Of a stretch of DNA of 64,000 bases, positions 37,300 through 50,590 are shown one piece after another. The stretch's first letter is position 1, and each line of letters starts with the position of its first letter. The stretch is taken from the NCBI RefSeq assembly GCF_006345805.1, contig NC_043024.1, positions 6,634,001 to 6,698,000 of the forward strand, in the 5' to 3' direction. The stretch comes from Octopus sinensis. Its lineage: Eukaryota. The notes beneath the pieces were generated by a model. It saw only the letters and a list, made by a program, of their open reading frames with translations. It made no database searches and was not told where the DNA came from. Made by a program: the position numbers and the translations under genes.

Positions 37300-38950
37300 A
37301 TCCATTACTATTCGTACTGGCTATGACACCGATCCGTATGATAATACAAAAAGTTTAAATTGCTTAGGATTTGGGCAAAGAAAATGGTCAGATAAATCAT
37401 CTCCTTTTCATGGATGATATAAAGGTTTATGGGGAAAATGAAAAACAGCTTGAAAGTCTTGTACATGCTATTTGCATTTTCTCAAATGACGAAGTTATGG
37501 AATTTGGGATAAAAAACAAAAGTGCGCTATACTCAAAATGAAACTAGGAAGATTGGAAAGAAGCCAAGGAATTGAAATGCCAAATGAGCAAACAATAAGA
37601 GCAGTTGAGAAAGGACAATGGTATTAGTAAATGGGAATACTGGAAGCAGATGACATAAAAATAATGAAGAAATGGAACAAATTACCAGTGGGGAGTACAC
37701 AAGGAGAGTAAGAAAATTATTGCAGTCAAAAACCTGATTGGAGCAATAAATTCAAGAGCAGTACTCTTAATCAGGTACAGAGTTGGAATTATAGACTGGA
37801 CCAAAAACGATATAAAGAAAGTTGATAGAAAAACTAAGAAGTTGTTGATGATGTATGGAGCCTGCCATCCGAAAGCTGATATCAACTGGCTATGCTTGAA
37901 GAGAGACCAGGGTGAGAGAGGCTTAATAGCCGTAGAAGAATGTGTACAGCTGGAAAGAAAAATTCTAGTAGAGTACTTACAGAGCAGCACAGAAAACTCT
38001 ACCAGTGACAGTTCATAACGAACAGGCGATGAAGTGTGTAACAGGAGAAAAGGATAAAAATGAAATACAAAGAGAGCACGTCAGAGAGATCGAAGGGAAA
38101 CTTCTGCATGGCCAAAATTGGGGAGCCACTGAAGACGTATGTGGAACAAAATCCTGGGCTTGGTTTTAAAAGGGGTAATTAAAAAATGAAACAGAAAGCC
38201 TAATTGTAGCAGCCCAAGATCAAGCGATAAAAACAAACAACTTGCGGGAAAATATATAAGGGGAGAACGTGTCAGAAAAACGTAGATCCTGTGGAACTTG
38301 GAATGAGACAGTGACACGCTTTGTGGAAGAATGCCCCAAGTTGGTACAGGCAGAATATAAGACATGGAGGCACGACCAAGTTGTAAAAGTTTTACACTGG
38401 AAACTGTGCCAGAAATGGGGATTTGAAGCTGGAAACACATAATACAATTATTGAGTCGAAAGAGTATTGCAGTCGGAGAAATGTAAGATTTTGTGGGACT
38501 TTCCTATTCAAACGGACAAGAAATTAGAAAGTAATAGACCAAACCTAACGATTATAGATAAGGAAAGCGAAGTGCTTACTTATCGATCCCATCCTGCCCG
38601 TTTAATTTCCAGGATCGTAAAGAAGGGGAAGAAAAAAACAAACACAAAAATCTAATCCCGTAAAGTTTGAATAGGAAGAATTTAGGGCATGCGAACAGTA
38701 AAGGTCTTGTTATAATGATTGGTATGTTATGAACAACAATAAGGAAAGATATAGACAAATAGCTGAAGGAAGATTGGAATAGAATGCCTGGGGTAGAGCT
38801 CCTACAAAAGTTTGTATCTTAGGGATCAGCAGGGTTCCTAAGCACTTGAAAGACTACTGAAAACTTGTGGATATCTAAGATTACAGATAGTAACCCGCTA
38901 TCCATATAATTCCTACCAGGAATAGACCCGAACCTGAGCCAAACCAAACT
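37300..38950 (+). pseudogene. R4/Dong-type LINE, 5'-truncated and degenerate
   Basis: INHLLFMDDIKVY RT motif, LIVAAQDQAI, RHDQV..LHWKLC and ILWDFPIQTD..RPNLTIID. Confidence 0.8.
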
Positions 38951-39010
38951 AGTAATAATAATAATAACAATAATATTAATAATACTACTACTACTACTAC
39001 TACTAAATAC

Positions 39011-39054
<44 letters not shown>

Positions 39055-39057
<3 letters not shown>

Positions 39058-40586
39058 TGCGCCAAAGTAACCATGAAAAGAGGAAAACTAGTTAAGAGTA
39101 ACAACACCACACTAGATAAAACCAATGAAATAAAATAATTAGACCAAAGCCAAACTTACAAATACTTAGGAATCCATGAACTAGATAAGACCACACACAC
39201 AAATGAAAGAAAAAATAAAAAAAGAATATTATAGACGATTTAGATCAATACTAAAAACATAGCTCACTGCAAAAACAAGATAATAGGTATCAACACTTTA
39301 GCTGTCCCAGTTATAAGTTACAGCTACAATATCCCTTAACTGGACACGAAATGAACTGTCCAAAATAGATAGGAAAACAAGAAAAATAATGACAGGATCT
39401 AGGATGCATCACCCAAAATCTGACATAGAAAGACTATATATACAACGTATAGAAGTGGTAGAGCCTTATACAGCTGGAAAACTAACTATAAAATAACCAC
39501 CATAGGACTGCAAAAATATCTACTTCAGAAGGAAGGAAACTGATCCAGATAGCGGCAAAACACGAGCAAAACAAAAAACTGTTCTCAGTATTTAAGGAAG
39601 CTGACAAATACAAACAAAAATCATACCACCTATAACACGAAAAGAAGAAGAAGATGAAGAAACAACAAAAGCTATAAAACAAATGAAATCCAAACTAAAA
39701 TAGAACAGCAACGAACCATGATAAAACGATGGCAAGAAAAGCCCCTTCATGGTAAATACTGGACTAAACTAAACGCAAAAGAAATAGAAAAGAAAAATCC
39801 CAGCAATGGTTGAGAAGCTCAGGACTCAAAGCAGAAACAGAGGGATTTTTAATTGCAGCACAAAGACCAAAGCCTCCCCACCAGAAATTACCAAAACATG
39901 TAACGAAAAGAAATATTACAAGTAACTGCAGAATATGTGGAGATGGACAAGAACAATAAATCATATTATCTCTAGCTGCCCAGTCCTGGCTAAGAAGAAT
40001 ATATTCACAGACATGACAGGTTGGAACCTACATACATTGGAAGTTATGCCAACATTATGGAATAACAACAGAAAAAAGATGGTATAGGCACACACCAGAA
40101 AAGGTCACAGAAAACGAGAAAGCAACCATACTCTGGGATATGCCGATACACACAGATAGAGAAATTAGGCCAACAGACCAGATATAGTTGTCAGATATCA
40201 TGAATAAAAAAAATGCTTTCTATTGATGTATCAATACCGCAGATGACAACGTGTCTCTAAAAGAAATGGAGAAACTCTCAAAATACAAAGACCTGGAAAT
40301 AGAGGTAACTAGAATGTGGAATCTGAAAACAGAAACAATTCCTATCATAGTAGGTGCATTAGGCGTGATAAAAAAATATTCAGACAATACATAACAAAAA
40401 CACCAGGACTTACAAACACATATAACATACAGAAAATTGCACTACTAAGCACTGCACCACATCCTACAGAACACTTTCCATACAATAACCATCAGAGCAT
40501 CACAACAAATCAAGCACATACCCAAGGCACACAGAGCTGCGCTCGGTAGTGAAGTGAAAGCACGCTATAAAAATAAACAACTACTG

Positions 40587-40590
<4 letters not shown>
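39055..40590 (+). pseudogene. second R4/Dong-type LINE, 5'-truncated, flanked by (TAA)n
   Basis: YKYLGI, CRICGDGQETI.HIISSCPVL, ILWDMPIHTD and NRPDIVV motifs. (TAA)n on both sides. Confidence 0.85.
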
Positions 40591-40628
<38 letters not shown>

Positions 40629-40919
40629 AATAAAATAATAATAATAATAAGAGAAGAAGAAGAAGAAGAAGAAGAAGAAGAAGAAGAAGAAGAAGAAGAG
40701 AAAAGAAGAAGAAGAAGAAGAAGAAGAAGAAGAAGAAGAAGAAGAAGAAAAGAAGAAGAACAAGAAGAAGAAGAAGAAGAAGAATTGATTAACTCGGAAT
40801 ATAAAAATTTGCTGGTGCGTTTCGTTAGGAAAACTTTTAAAGCTAAACATTTAGAAAACAATTCGACAATTTATTAGAATACACACACACACACACACAC
40901 ACACACCACACACACACAC

Positions 40920-41036
<117 letters not shown>

Positions 41037-41362
41037 CGAGTGAGTGGAGAAATGGAAGAAAATGGCACTCTACACATTTCATGTATTATTTAAAAAGTTT
41101 GATCCGGTTCCTGCGGCAGGAACTCCAGGACTTCCTCCTGTATCTCCTCATTCGGCATTCCAAAGCCTGAAAGCGTCGAGCTTCCGTTAAAAGCCTGCGA
41201 AATTTGAGTTTGCACAGAACCGAATGAAACTGTTTTAAATTTTATATATATATAATATTATTTAGTTATCCAAACTGAAAACACAACAGTGTGAGGACGA
41301 AGAACAAGTATAGTGTTACTGGATGCTCAGGAAAGGGAAAGAAAGAAGGAGGATTATATATA

Positions 41363-41464
<102 letters not shown>

Positions 41465-41518
41465 AATATATATATATATATAATATATATATATATATTA
41501 CATATATATATATATATC

Positions 41519-42164
<646 letters not shown>

Positions 42165-42854
42165 GGGATCTTTACCTTTTGACCGACAAATTTTAAAAAT
42201 AATTTTCTGTAACTAAACACTTTCAAACTTCGTATACTGGTAGAATGTGTTACATAAAACATCTTTTACTCTTGGCGTTGGTGAGAAAATTCTGTATTTT
42301 GGAAGTTATTTGGGTATTTTTCGTTTGTAAATCTTATTTATGACATCATTCCTGCATTTGTACTGGTTTTAGGGTTAGGGTTAGGGTTAGGATTTTAGAG
42401 TTAGGGTTAGGGTTTTAGGGTTGGGATTAGGGTTTTAGGATTAGAGTTTTAGGGTTAGGGTTAGAGTTACGGAAAAAAATGAAAAATGAAGCACGAACGA
42501 TTATGGTGGTGCCATGAAGTAAACATGCTTCAGATACACTCGTTTATTCAAACAAATGTAACTGAGATGAAATATGTCAGAAATAAGAGTGACAAACGAA
42601 ATATACACTGCTGGAAGTTGTTGTTGACAAACAACAGCATTAATTTTATTCAGCTGAATACACGTCATTGATTGGTTGAAATTACTGAAATATGACAACT
42701 TTAACAAGAAATAACTTCCAAAATACAGAATTTTCTCACCAACGCCAAGAGTAAAAGACGTTTTATGTGACACATTCTTCAAGTATACAAAGTTTGAAAG
42801 TGTTTAGTTACAAAGAATTATTTTAAAATCTGTCGGTCAAAAGGTAAAGATCCC
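42165..42854. mobile_element. foldback element related to 13580-14261, ~146-bp TIRs, internal degenerate TTAGGG array
   Basis: GGGATCTTTACCTTTTGACCGACA / TGTCGGTCAAAAGGTAAAGATCCC. TTAGGG-type repeats at ~42369-42470. AAAAAG on both flanks. Confidence 0.85.
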
Positions 42855-42860
42855 AAAAAG

Positions 42861-43030
42861 GTCTCATTCATGGATACGCTGACTATATCTACCTTCAGAA
42901 TGACCCACAATACGGCCGCTTTGAAATTCAGACAGTGCCAATGCTTCTTTTGTGCATGGTAGGATTAATCAGTCAATATAGAATCTGAAACATAAAAATG
43001 TCAATGAATAAAAAATATAAACCTTTACAA
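42861..43030 (-). pseudogene. 5' fragment of the Tc1 family seen at 35225-35600
   Basis: Nucleotide homology to 35460-35600. Confidence 0.65.
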
Positions 43031-43447
43031 GATAGAATAAACATAAAACGATGCATTATGGGGTGGCATTGTGCTTCGTCGATGCTTTGTGTGTTTTGTA
43101 TGCGGAGGGCGTGCAACAACCATAAAAAACGAAATGGATCACCGTCGATTTCGGCAATTTACGTTTAACCACTTTCACTTAGAAGGCTTGCATCACCCGA
43201 GGCTAGAGGAAAAGATACTTGCCCAAGGTAGCTATCAGTCGAAACGAAACTGGGACGTCATGATAACACAACGAACAACGTAACAACCAGACCATACCTG
43301 TAGCAACACACATGTATACCGACACATACGCACATACATATGCATATGTATACACACACACACACACATATTGTCACATATGCAAATACACATGTACAAA
43401 TACAAATACATATACATACACGCATATATACACACAAACACTCACAT

Positions 43448-43478
<31 letters not shown>

Positions 43479-43673
43479 CATGCAGAAACAGACACACAGA
43501 CACAGGCAGACAGACAAACACACACGCACACACACACACACACACACACTCTAGGCTATTAGATTCTAGGCGCATATTGAATCCTTTATTCAATATCCGT
43601 CGTTTTAATGCCTATAAAACGTGTGTGTGTGTGTGTGTGCGTGTGTGTGTATGCAAATATATTACATATCTTT

Positions 43674-43716
<43 letters not shown>

Positions 43717-44245
43717 AGGAAGGAAGGAAGGAAGGAAGGAAGGAAGGAAGGAAGAAAAGAAAGATAGTTAGTTAGATAGGTAGGTAGGTAGGTAGACAGA
43801 CAGACAGAAAGATAGATAGATGGGGAGTGATAGAGAGAGAGAGAGAGAGAAAGACAGGGACAGAGACAGAGAGAGACACAGAGAGAGAGAGAGAGAGAGA
43901 CAGACAGAGATAGAGAGAGAAGCGAGTGAGTAGATGTCCGTGTGATAAGCTATATTTGTATATTTGCACATGTGCATATACTCAAGTATGCAAAGCACAT
44001 TCGTACGTGCCTACATAGAAACGTACGTACACACACACACACACACACACACACGTTATATGTAAATATATACATACCTATATATATGTATACATATATA
44101 TAGGTATGTATATACACATTACACACACGCACACATATATGTATATTATATATATACACATATATATACCCATATATATACACACATATATACATATATA
44201 TTTACACATACATCCATATATTTGTATGCACGTACATTTATACGT

Positions 44246-44587
44246 ACAGATATAAAAAAAAGGGACCACTCCGTCGGTTACGACGACGAGGGTCCCAGCT
44301 GATGTGATCAACGGAACGGCCAGCTCATGAAATTAACGTGCAAGTGGCTGAGCACCCCACAGGCACATGTACCCGTAACATAGTTCTCAGGGAGATTCAG
44401 CGTGACACAGAGTGTGACAAGGCTGGCCCTTTGAAATACAAGCACTACTCATTTTTACTAGCAGAGTGGACTGGACCAACACGAAATAAAGTGTCTTGCT
44501 CAAGGACACAACGCGTCGCCGGGAATCGAACTCACGACCTTCCGATCGTGAGCCGATTGCCCTAACCACCAAGCCAGGCGCCTTCAC
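44246..44587 (-). mobile_element. third tRNA-derived SINE family
   Basis: Minus-strand A box TGGCTTGGTGG, B box GAGTTCGATTCCC, then GTGTCCTTGAGCAAGACAC. Confidence 0.8.
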
Positions 44588-44639
44588 TACGTACAGATAT
44601 ATGTATATGTATGCATACATATGTATATATACATACTTT

Positions 44640-44755
44640 ATTAAAAAGCAGTAAAAATATCACAAAAAGCTGTTACTCAGAGTTTCATGTTCCTGTTCGT
44701 CAGACAAAACTGTCCGACGAACGGAAACGTGAAACTCTAAAAACCAACTTTCTCA

Positions 44756-44760
<5 letters not shown>
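44640..44760. mobile_element. head-to-head Penelope-like ends with decayed hammerheads
   Basis: Minus strand 44671-44706: UGU-CUGACGA-ACAGGAACAU-GAAA-CUCUGAG-UA-ACA. Plus strand 44711-44738: UGU-CCGACGA-ACG-GAAA-CGU-GAAA-CUCU (truncated). Confidence 0.6.
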
Positions 44761-44830
<70 letters not shown>

Positions 44831-44889
44831 TATATCTTATATATTATTTATATATATCTATATATAATATATATATATATATATACACA

Positions 44890-44933
<44 letters not shown>

Positions 44934-44993
44934 TATATATATATATATACACATATTTTGTATATATTATTTTATATATATATATATATATAA

Positions 44994-45024
<31 letters not shown>

Positions 45025-45577
45025 GTATGTATGTTTGTGTGTATGTATGTATGTATGTATGTATGTATGTATGTATGTATGTATGTATGTATGTGTGAGT
45101 GTGTATATATATATTACATCAATGCCGCCAACATCAGCTCAAGGTGTAAAAGAAGAGAAAGGTTCCACGCGAAGCAGCTCGAAAGCAAGTCTTGTTGTTG
45201 GTGCTTGGAAGAAAGACAAGAAAAATAATCTCTGTTGATAGTCATGTTGGAACTGCAGGGGAGTGGAGGAACTTGCTTTACCTTTTTATTGTTTTTACTT
45301 TAATACTTTGACCTTATGAAACAGCGGTTGGGCGTTGTTCCGTGTGTAAGTGTGTGTAAGTGTGTGTGTGTGTGTAACTATATGCATACACGTATATACG
45401 CAAACACTAATAGACTTACTGTTACGCACGCATTCTCACCCCATCACAAACACCACCGCCACTAACACCACCGCCACCACCACCTATCGCATGAAGTGGT
45501 CCCCCCACAACAAATGCAAACTGTTGTATGTTTATTTCTATTTGTGTCGGTATGACGATGTAAATGGGCGTGTGTGT

Positions 45578-45616
<39 letters not shown>

Positions 45617-46121
45617 TGTATATGTGTATAAATGTATCAGTGTCTATATGTATATGTTTGAATATGGATATATAAATACTAGTATATACATACATACATA
45701 CATCCGTATATATATATATATATATATTAGATATTCACATACATAAATGTATGTGTGTGCGTGTGTGTGTGTTTATGTGTATGTTTGTACGCTAATGAGG
45801 TCGTCGCTGTTAACGCGTTGGTGGGTGGGAATTACCTAGCACGGATATTCTGTGGAGCAAGGATTGTGCGCAGTAATTATTGCGTACTGGAGATATGGGG
45901 TGACACGGCATGAGTGACGGGACGAGGGAAAACGAGTCGAAAAGACTTCAGAAGAAATTGTGGAGTTTAACCATCTGTGTAGAGCAGAGGCCACTATAGT
46001 AGCGTTCGAAAATGCAGAGAGAGGACACAGCATATTTGTGCGCCAGACGATGGGATGTGTTTGAGGGGGATTTCATGTGAAATAGTTGAGTGACTTTTCT
46101 GTTTGTTTTGGCCCAGGGTGT

Positions 46122-46166
<45 letters not shown>

Positions 46167-46249
46167 GTGTGTGTGTGTGTGTGTGTGTGTAGCCGCCCAG
46201 CAACACCGTTCCAGATTTGGTTGCAGTACTGTATTATTCTTTAATTTAT

Positions 46250-46570
46250 ATTTTACTTGTCGTTAGACTGCAGCCATGCTGGAGCACCACCTTAAGGTTC
46301 TTTGCTGAACTGCTAAGTTACGAAGACGTAACCATACCAACATCAGTTGTCAAATGATGGCGGGGATGGGGTGACAAACAGAGATGTAAACACACACACA
46401 TACACACATATGACGAGCTTCTTTCAGCTTCCGTCCACGAAATCCACTCACAAAAGCTTCGGTTGGCCCGAGGCTATAATAGAAGACACTTGCACAAGAT
46501 GCTAGACAGTGGGACTGAACCCCGAACCATGTGGTTGAGAAGCAAGCTTCTTACCACCACACAGCCATGA
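46250..46570 (-). mobile_element. diverged tRNA-SINE
   Basis: Homology to the main family. Confidence 0.75.
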
Positions 46571-46574
46571 CTGC

Positions 46575-47148
46575 GCCTATTGTGGGTTTCACTAGGGCTT
46601 TTTAGAAAGACTGTGGATATTGACATAAGTGGCGAAACAGATGAAGTGTTTTTGTGTCCCCGAAGAGGACGACCGCTATTTGTAATGCATTCTTTACTGT
46701 GATAAATAGGAACATCGAAAATCTTTGGAGTCGGCTGGCAAGGGACATTTACGAAAATGAAACGCAATTTGAGACAGTGGATGCTCTTCGTAAAGTATTC
46801 TTCACCCCGTGGGGTAACATTACGGACAACCTCCTGCAAAAGTTTGAGTCGAGTATGGCACAGCGAATTTTTGAATCTATTCGTAGGAATGGAGGAACTA
46901 CTAACTATTGACCCTCCTTGTTTATTATCTATTCATTGTTTTCGTTTGTTATTTGTCAAGATCTTAGACTTTTGACCCAGCAAAATATTGTTATTTGTCA
47001 TTCAGTGCAAATTTTCTACATTAAATGTTAAACATTTCTTTAGGATTTCGTATATATTTTTCTATAATGAAAAATAATCAAATATATCGGTCTGCAAAGA
47101 GTTTAAGTCGGCAGTTTTTTTCCTGGTCTTAAGATTTTGTCCAGCACA
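46575..47148 (+). pseudogene. Tc1/Tc3-like element 3' part
   Basis: IENLWSRLARDIYENETQFETVDALR...SMAQRIFESIRRNGGTTNY, followed by a TIR-like end. Confidence 0.75.
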
Positions 47149-47297
47149 TACATACATACATACATACATACATACATACATACATACATACATACATACA
47201 TACGTACGTACATACATACATACATACATATGTACGTACGTACGTACACACACACACACACTCTCACACACACACACACCACACACATTATATATAT

Positions 47298-47372
<75 letters not shown>

Positions 47373-47429
47373 ATATATATATACATATATATATATATTA
47401 CATACACACACAGGCACACAGACATGCAG

Positions 47430-47950
47430 GAAGTAAATAGACACCTTTAATTTTCAAAAATTATGATCTAAGCGTCTTAATATGTTTTCAGCGGTGTAGA
47501 ATTTACAATGCAATTATTCTTTTCCATTCCAGGTGCCATTATATTAAATATTTGTGAAAGAGTAACCATGCCACGCACAAAAAATTCAGCAGAACTGTCA
47601 GATTTTCAAAGAGGTCGTATTGTTGGGCAATCTGAGGCTGGTCTTAGCCAGCGAAAAATTTCTGAAAATCTCCAAATTCCTCTTGCTACTTTTAATAGAA
47701 TTATAGTGCAATTCAAAAGCCAAGTAAAAGAATCAACAGACTCTCGTCCCAGCTGACCTGGGCTCTTGGAAAGGAAGCTTCACTGTTTGAAGACAATTGT
47801 GGTAAACGAATCCCGTTCGAAGGCTTCTGACATTGCAAAACAGCTAGAAGTTAGTCCAAGAACGTGTGTTGCATATCTGCATAAGCTTGGGTATTATGGA
47901 CGAGCAGCTAGAAGAAAACCTCTCCTTCAACCAATTAATATCAAATAATA
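47430..47950 (+). pseudogene. Tc1-like element 5' part (HTH domain)
   Basis: [20 protein letters not shown]...GRAARRKPLL. Confidence 0.8.
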
Positions 47951-47978
47951 AATTTTATATATATATATATATATATTA

Positions 47979-48157
47979 TTAGTGAATTGAGAAATGGAGT
48001 TGAACGAAGATTGAACATAAATCCTTTTATTGCATTCTACACGTGTTCGAAAGCCACAATTTCCCAAATTCCGATTGAATAAGGAGACCATATTGTGTCT
48101 TTCTCTTCAGGAAGAAATAGGAATTCCGTTAGCAGAACAAAAACAGAACAGAGGCCA
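47979..48157 (-). mobile_element. Penelope-like end homologous to the 29.2-kb palindrome arm; hammerhead at 48034-48114
   Basis: CUGAAGA-GAAAGACACAAU...AUUGUGGCUUUC-GAA-CACGUG-UA-GAA (one A of GAAA missing). Confidence 0.7.
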
Positions 48158-48162
48158 AACAT

Positions 48163-48239
<77 letters not shown>

Positions 48240-48241
<2 letters not shown>

Positions 48242-48375
48242 GACGTGTTTCTGTCTACAAGGCTTTGGTTGTTCCGAGGTTATAGTAGAACACACTTGTC
48301 CAAGATGCCACGCAGTGGGACTGAACTCAAGACCCTGGGGTTGGGAAGCAAACTTCTTACCACACAGCCACGCCT
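48240..48375 (-). mobile_element. tRNA-SINE 5' half
   Basis: Homology to the main family head. Confidence 0.7.
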
Positions 48376-48489
48376 GCTCCTTGGTAAGTGTTTTTCTCTG
48401 GTATTTCCGTATCTCATTTCACTTTGCGGTCTTTGGTTTAATAACTCCATGTTGGAAATGCATGGTGAGCCTACGTGAGAGTTTTGCAC

Positions 48490-48675
48490 TGGAACATTCC
48501 AGGCCCGTTGCCAGACTTCGGCGCCTGAGAGTGCTTCAGAATATTCTGGGTGGATACAACTTTGTAATTATGCTAAAGTGGAGTTTCAAATAAATGCATC
48601 ACCGTAAAGCTGAGGGCACACCATTGAATAGCGAGGGGCAGTGCTGTCCAGCACACCCCCTTAGCGACGGGCATG
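48490..48675. repeat. diverged direct repeat (partner at 49150-49320) ending in a TIR-like CCCTTAGCGACGGGCATG
   Basis: Shared CTTCAGAATATTCTGG...TTTGTAATTA...CCCCTTAGCGACGG. The first copy is followed by CTCTAGGG (hAT-like target). Confidence 0.55.
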
Positions 48676-48768
48676 CTCTAGGGGTTGGTTAAGGGAGCCT
48701 AAGAAATTACTATATACACAGCCCTTAGCGTTGGGCATTCCCAGGTTCCTATTCTATATAGAGTATAT

Positions 48769-49139
48769 AAAGCATGTATGTATAGTGGATTTAAAGCATG
48801 TATGTATAGTGGATTTAAAGCATGTATGTATAGTGGATTTAAAGCATGTATGTATAGTGGATTAAAGCATGTATGATAGTGGATTTAAAGCATGTATGTA
48901 TAGTGGATTTAAAGCATGTATGTATAGTGGATTTAAAGCATGTATGTATAGTGGATTTAAAGCATGTATGTATAGTGGATTTAAAGCATGTATGTATAGT
49001 GGATTTAAAGCATGTATGTATAGTGGATTTAAAGCATGTATGTATAGTGGATTTAAAGCATGTATGTATAGTGGATTTAAAGCATGTATGTATAGTGGAT
49101 TTAAAGCATGTATGTATAGTGGATTTAAAGTATGTATGT
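48769..49139. repeat. 24-bp minisatellite, ~15 copies (AAAGCATGTATGTATAGTGGATTT)
   Basis: Directly visible; the 8-aa periodic ORFs confirm the unit length. Confidence 0.95.
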
Positions 49140-50259
49140 CCATACACGACTTCAGGTCTTTCACTAGATTTTGGTGCCTGGGGGCACTTCAGAATATTCT
49201 GGCTGGGCACTAATTTGTAATTAGTTTCGAAATAAGTGTATCACTGTAAATACGAGGGTAATCCAATGAATAGTGAGGGGGAAATGCCGTCCAGTGAACC
49301 CCCCTTAGCGACGGACATAGAATATACCCAGAATAAATCTGCGATAAACTGTAGTTCATTAGAGTACTCAGTACCTAATTATGTGGAGTGTATAATAATG
49401 TAGTGTGTATATTGTATTTTAATGCAGAGAAACCTCGGGGAGAGTTTGTCCTTTTCGGTGTCCAGATGATAAGAATTGACCAAACTTGGATTGTTGTGGG
49501 GCGTTTGTGGGCAAATGGGTCACATGACATTTTTGAGCGCAAGTAAATATGACCGTCACGACTGAAAAGCCTTTGGTACTAGGTAGACTCAATCAGGGCT
49601 TACCTGCGGTTAAGCAACAACAACGACGACAACAACAACAACAATAGAGAGCACGTTTTTGATGAAAAACTAAAGAAGTGGATTGCTTTTAATGAAATAA
49701 AACAATGATAAATGTGTTTCAAGGTCACCAACCACGACTATGACGACGACGACGGTGATGATGGACGATGATGGGTTTTCTTTTTTGGTTTTTTACTTGG
49801 CCACAGGAGCACCACGTATTGAGGACAACATCAAAAGACAAAATGCAACACATAAAATGGTGGTGCTTACATCAATCAAAAGTGGGGAACTACAACAATA
49901 AAAGATATAAAAATAGAATTCATAAAAAATATATCAATGATGATGGTGATGATGATGATGATGATGATGATGACGACGACGACGATGATGATGATGATGA
50001 TGATGACGACGATGATGATGATGATGATGATGATGAACTTCTATCGTTATATTTCAACTCAACTGTTCAGTTCGTTATCTTTCGTAGTTCACTCATGTCG
50101 TCTGCTTCTTTGAAAGTAAAAAGTAGGTTTGGCAGCCATATTTACTGAAATTGTTTTCCCTCTCTTCGGCTATTTTTGTCTCCCACACTCCAAATTCGGT
50201 CCCCCGCCCCTCTTGACTAATAGCTGCCTTGACGGTTTATTTATTTATCTATTTATTTC

Positions 50260-50553
50260 TATGGTGATGGGGTTGGGGTTGGTGATGGTGGCGGTGATGA
50301 TGATGCTGATGCTGATGATGAGAGGGAGGGCAGTTGTGCGTTGTTTGTTACGACGATGGTTCCCTGTTGTCGTGGTGGCAATGGCGGCGATGATGATGAT
50401 GATAACGATGATGAAGATGAGGATGACTACGACGACGACGACGATGATGATGATGATGACGATGATAATGGTGACGGAGGTGATGGCGGTGGTCGTGGCG
50501 AACATGATGATAGTGATGACGACGACGACGATGTTGGGTGTGATGATGATGAC

Positions 50554-50590
<37 letters not shown>

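Noticed and set aside
42369-42470. TTAGGG arrays as evidence of a chromosome end or fusion
   Set aside because: Short, degenerate and enclosed within transposon TIRs.
48769-49139. CRISPR-like appearance of the 24-bp array (also the 62-bp array at 10221-10530)
   Set aside because: Contiguous repeats without unique spacers, eukaryotic context, no cas genes.
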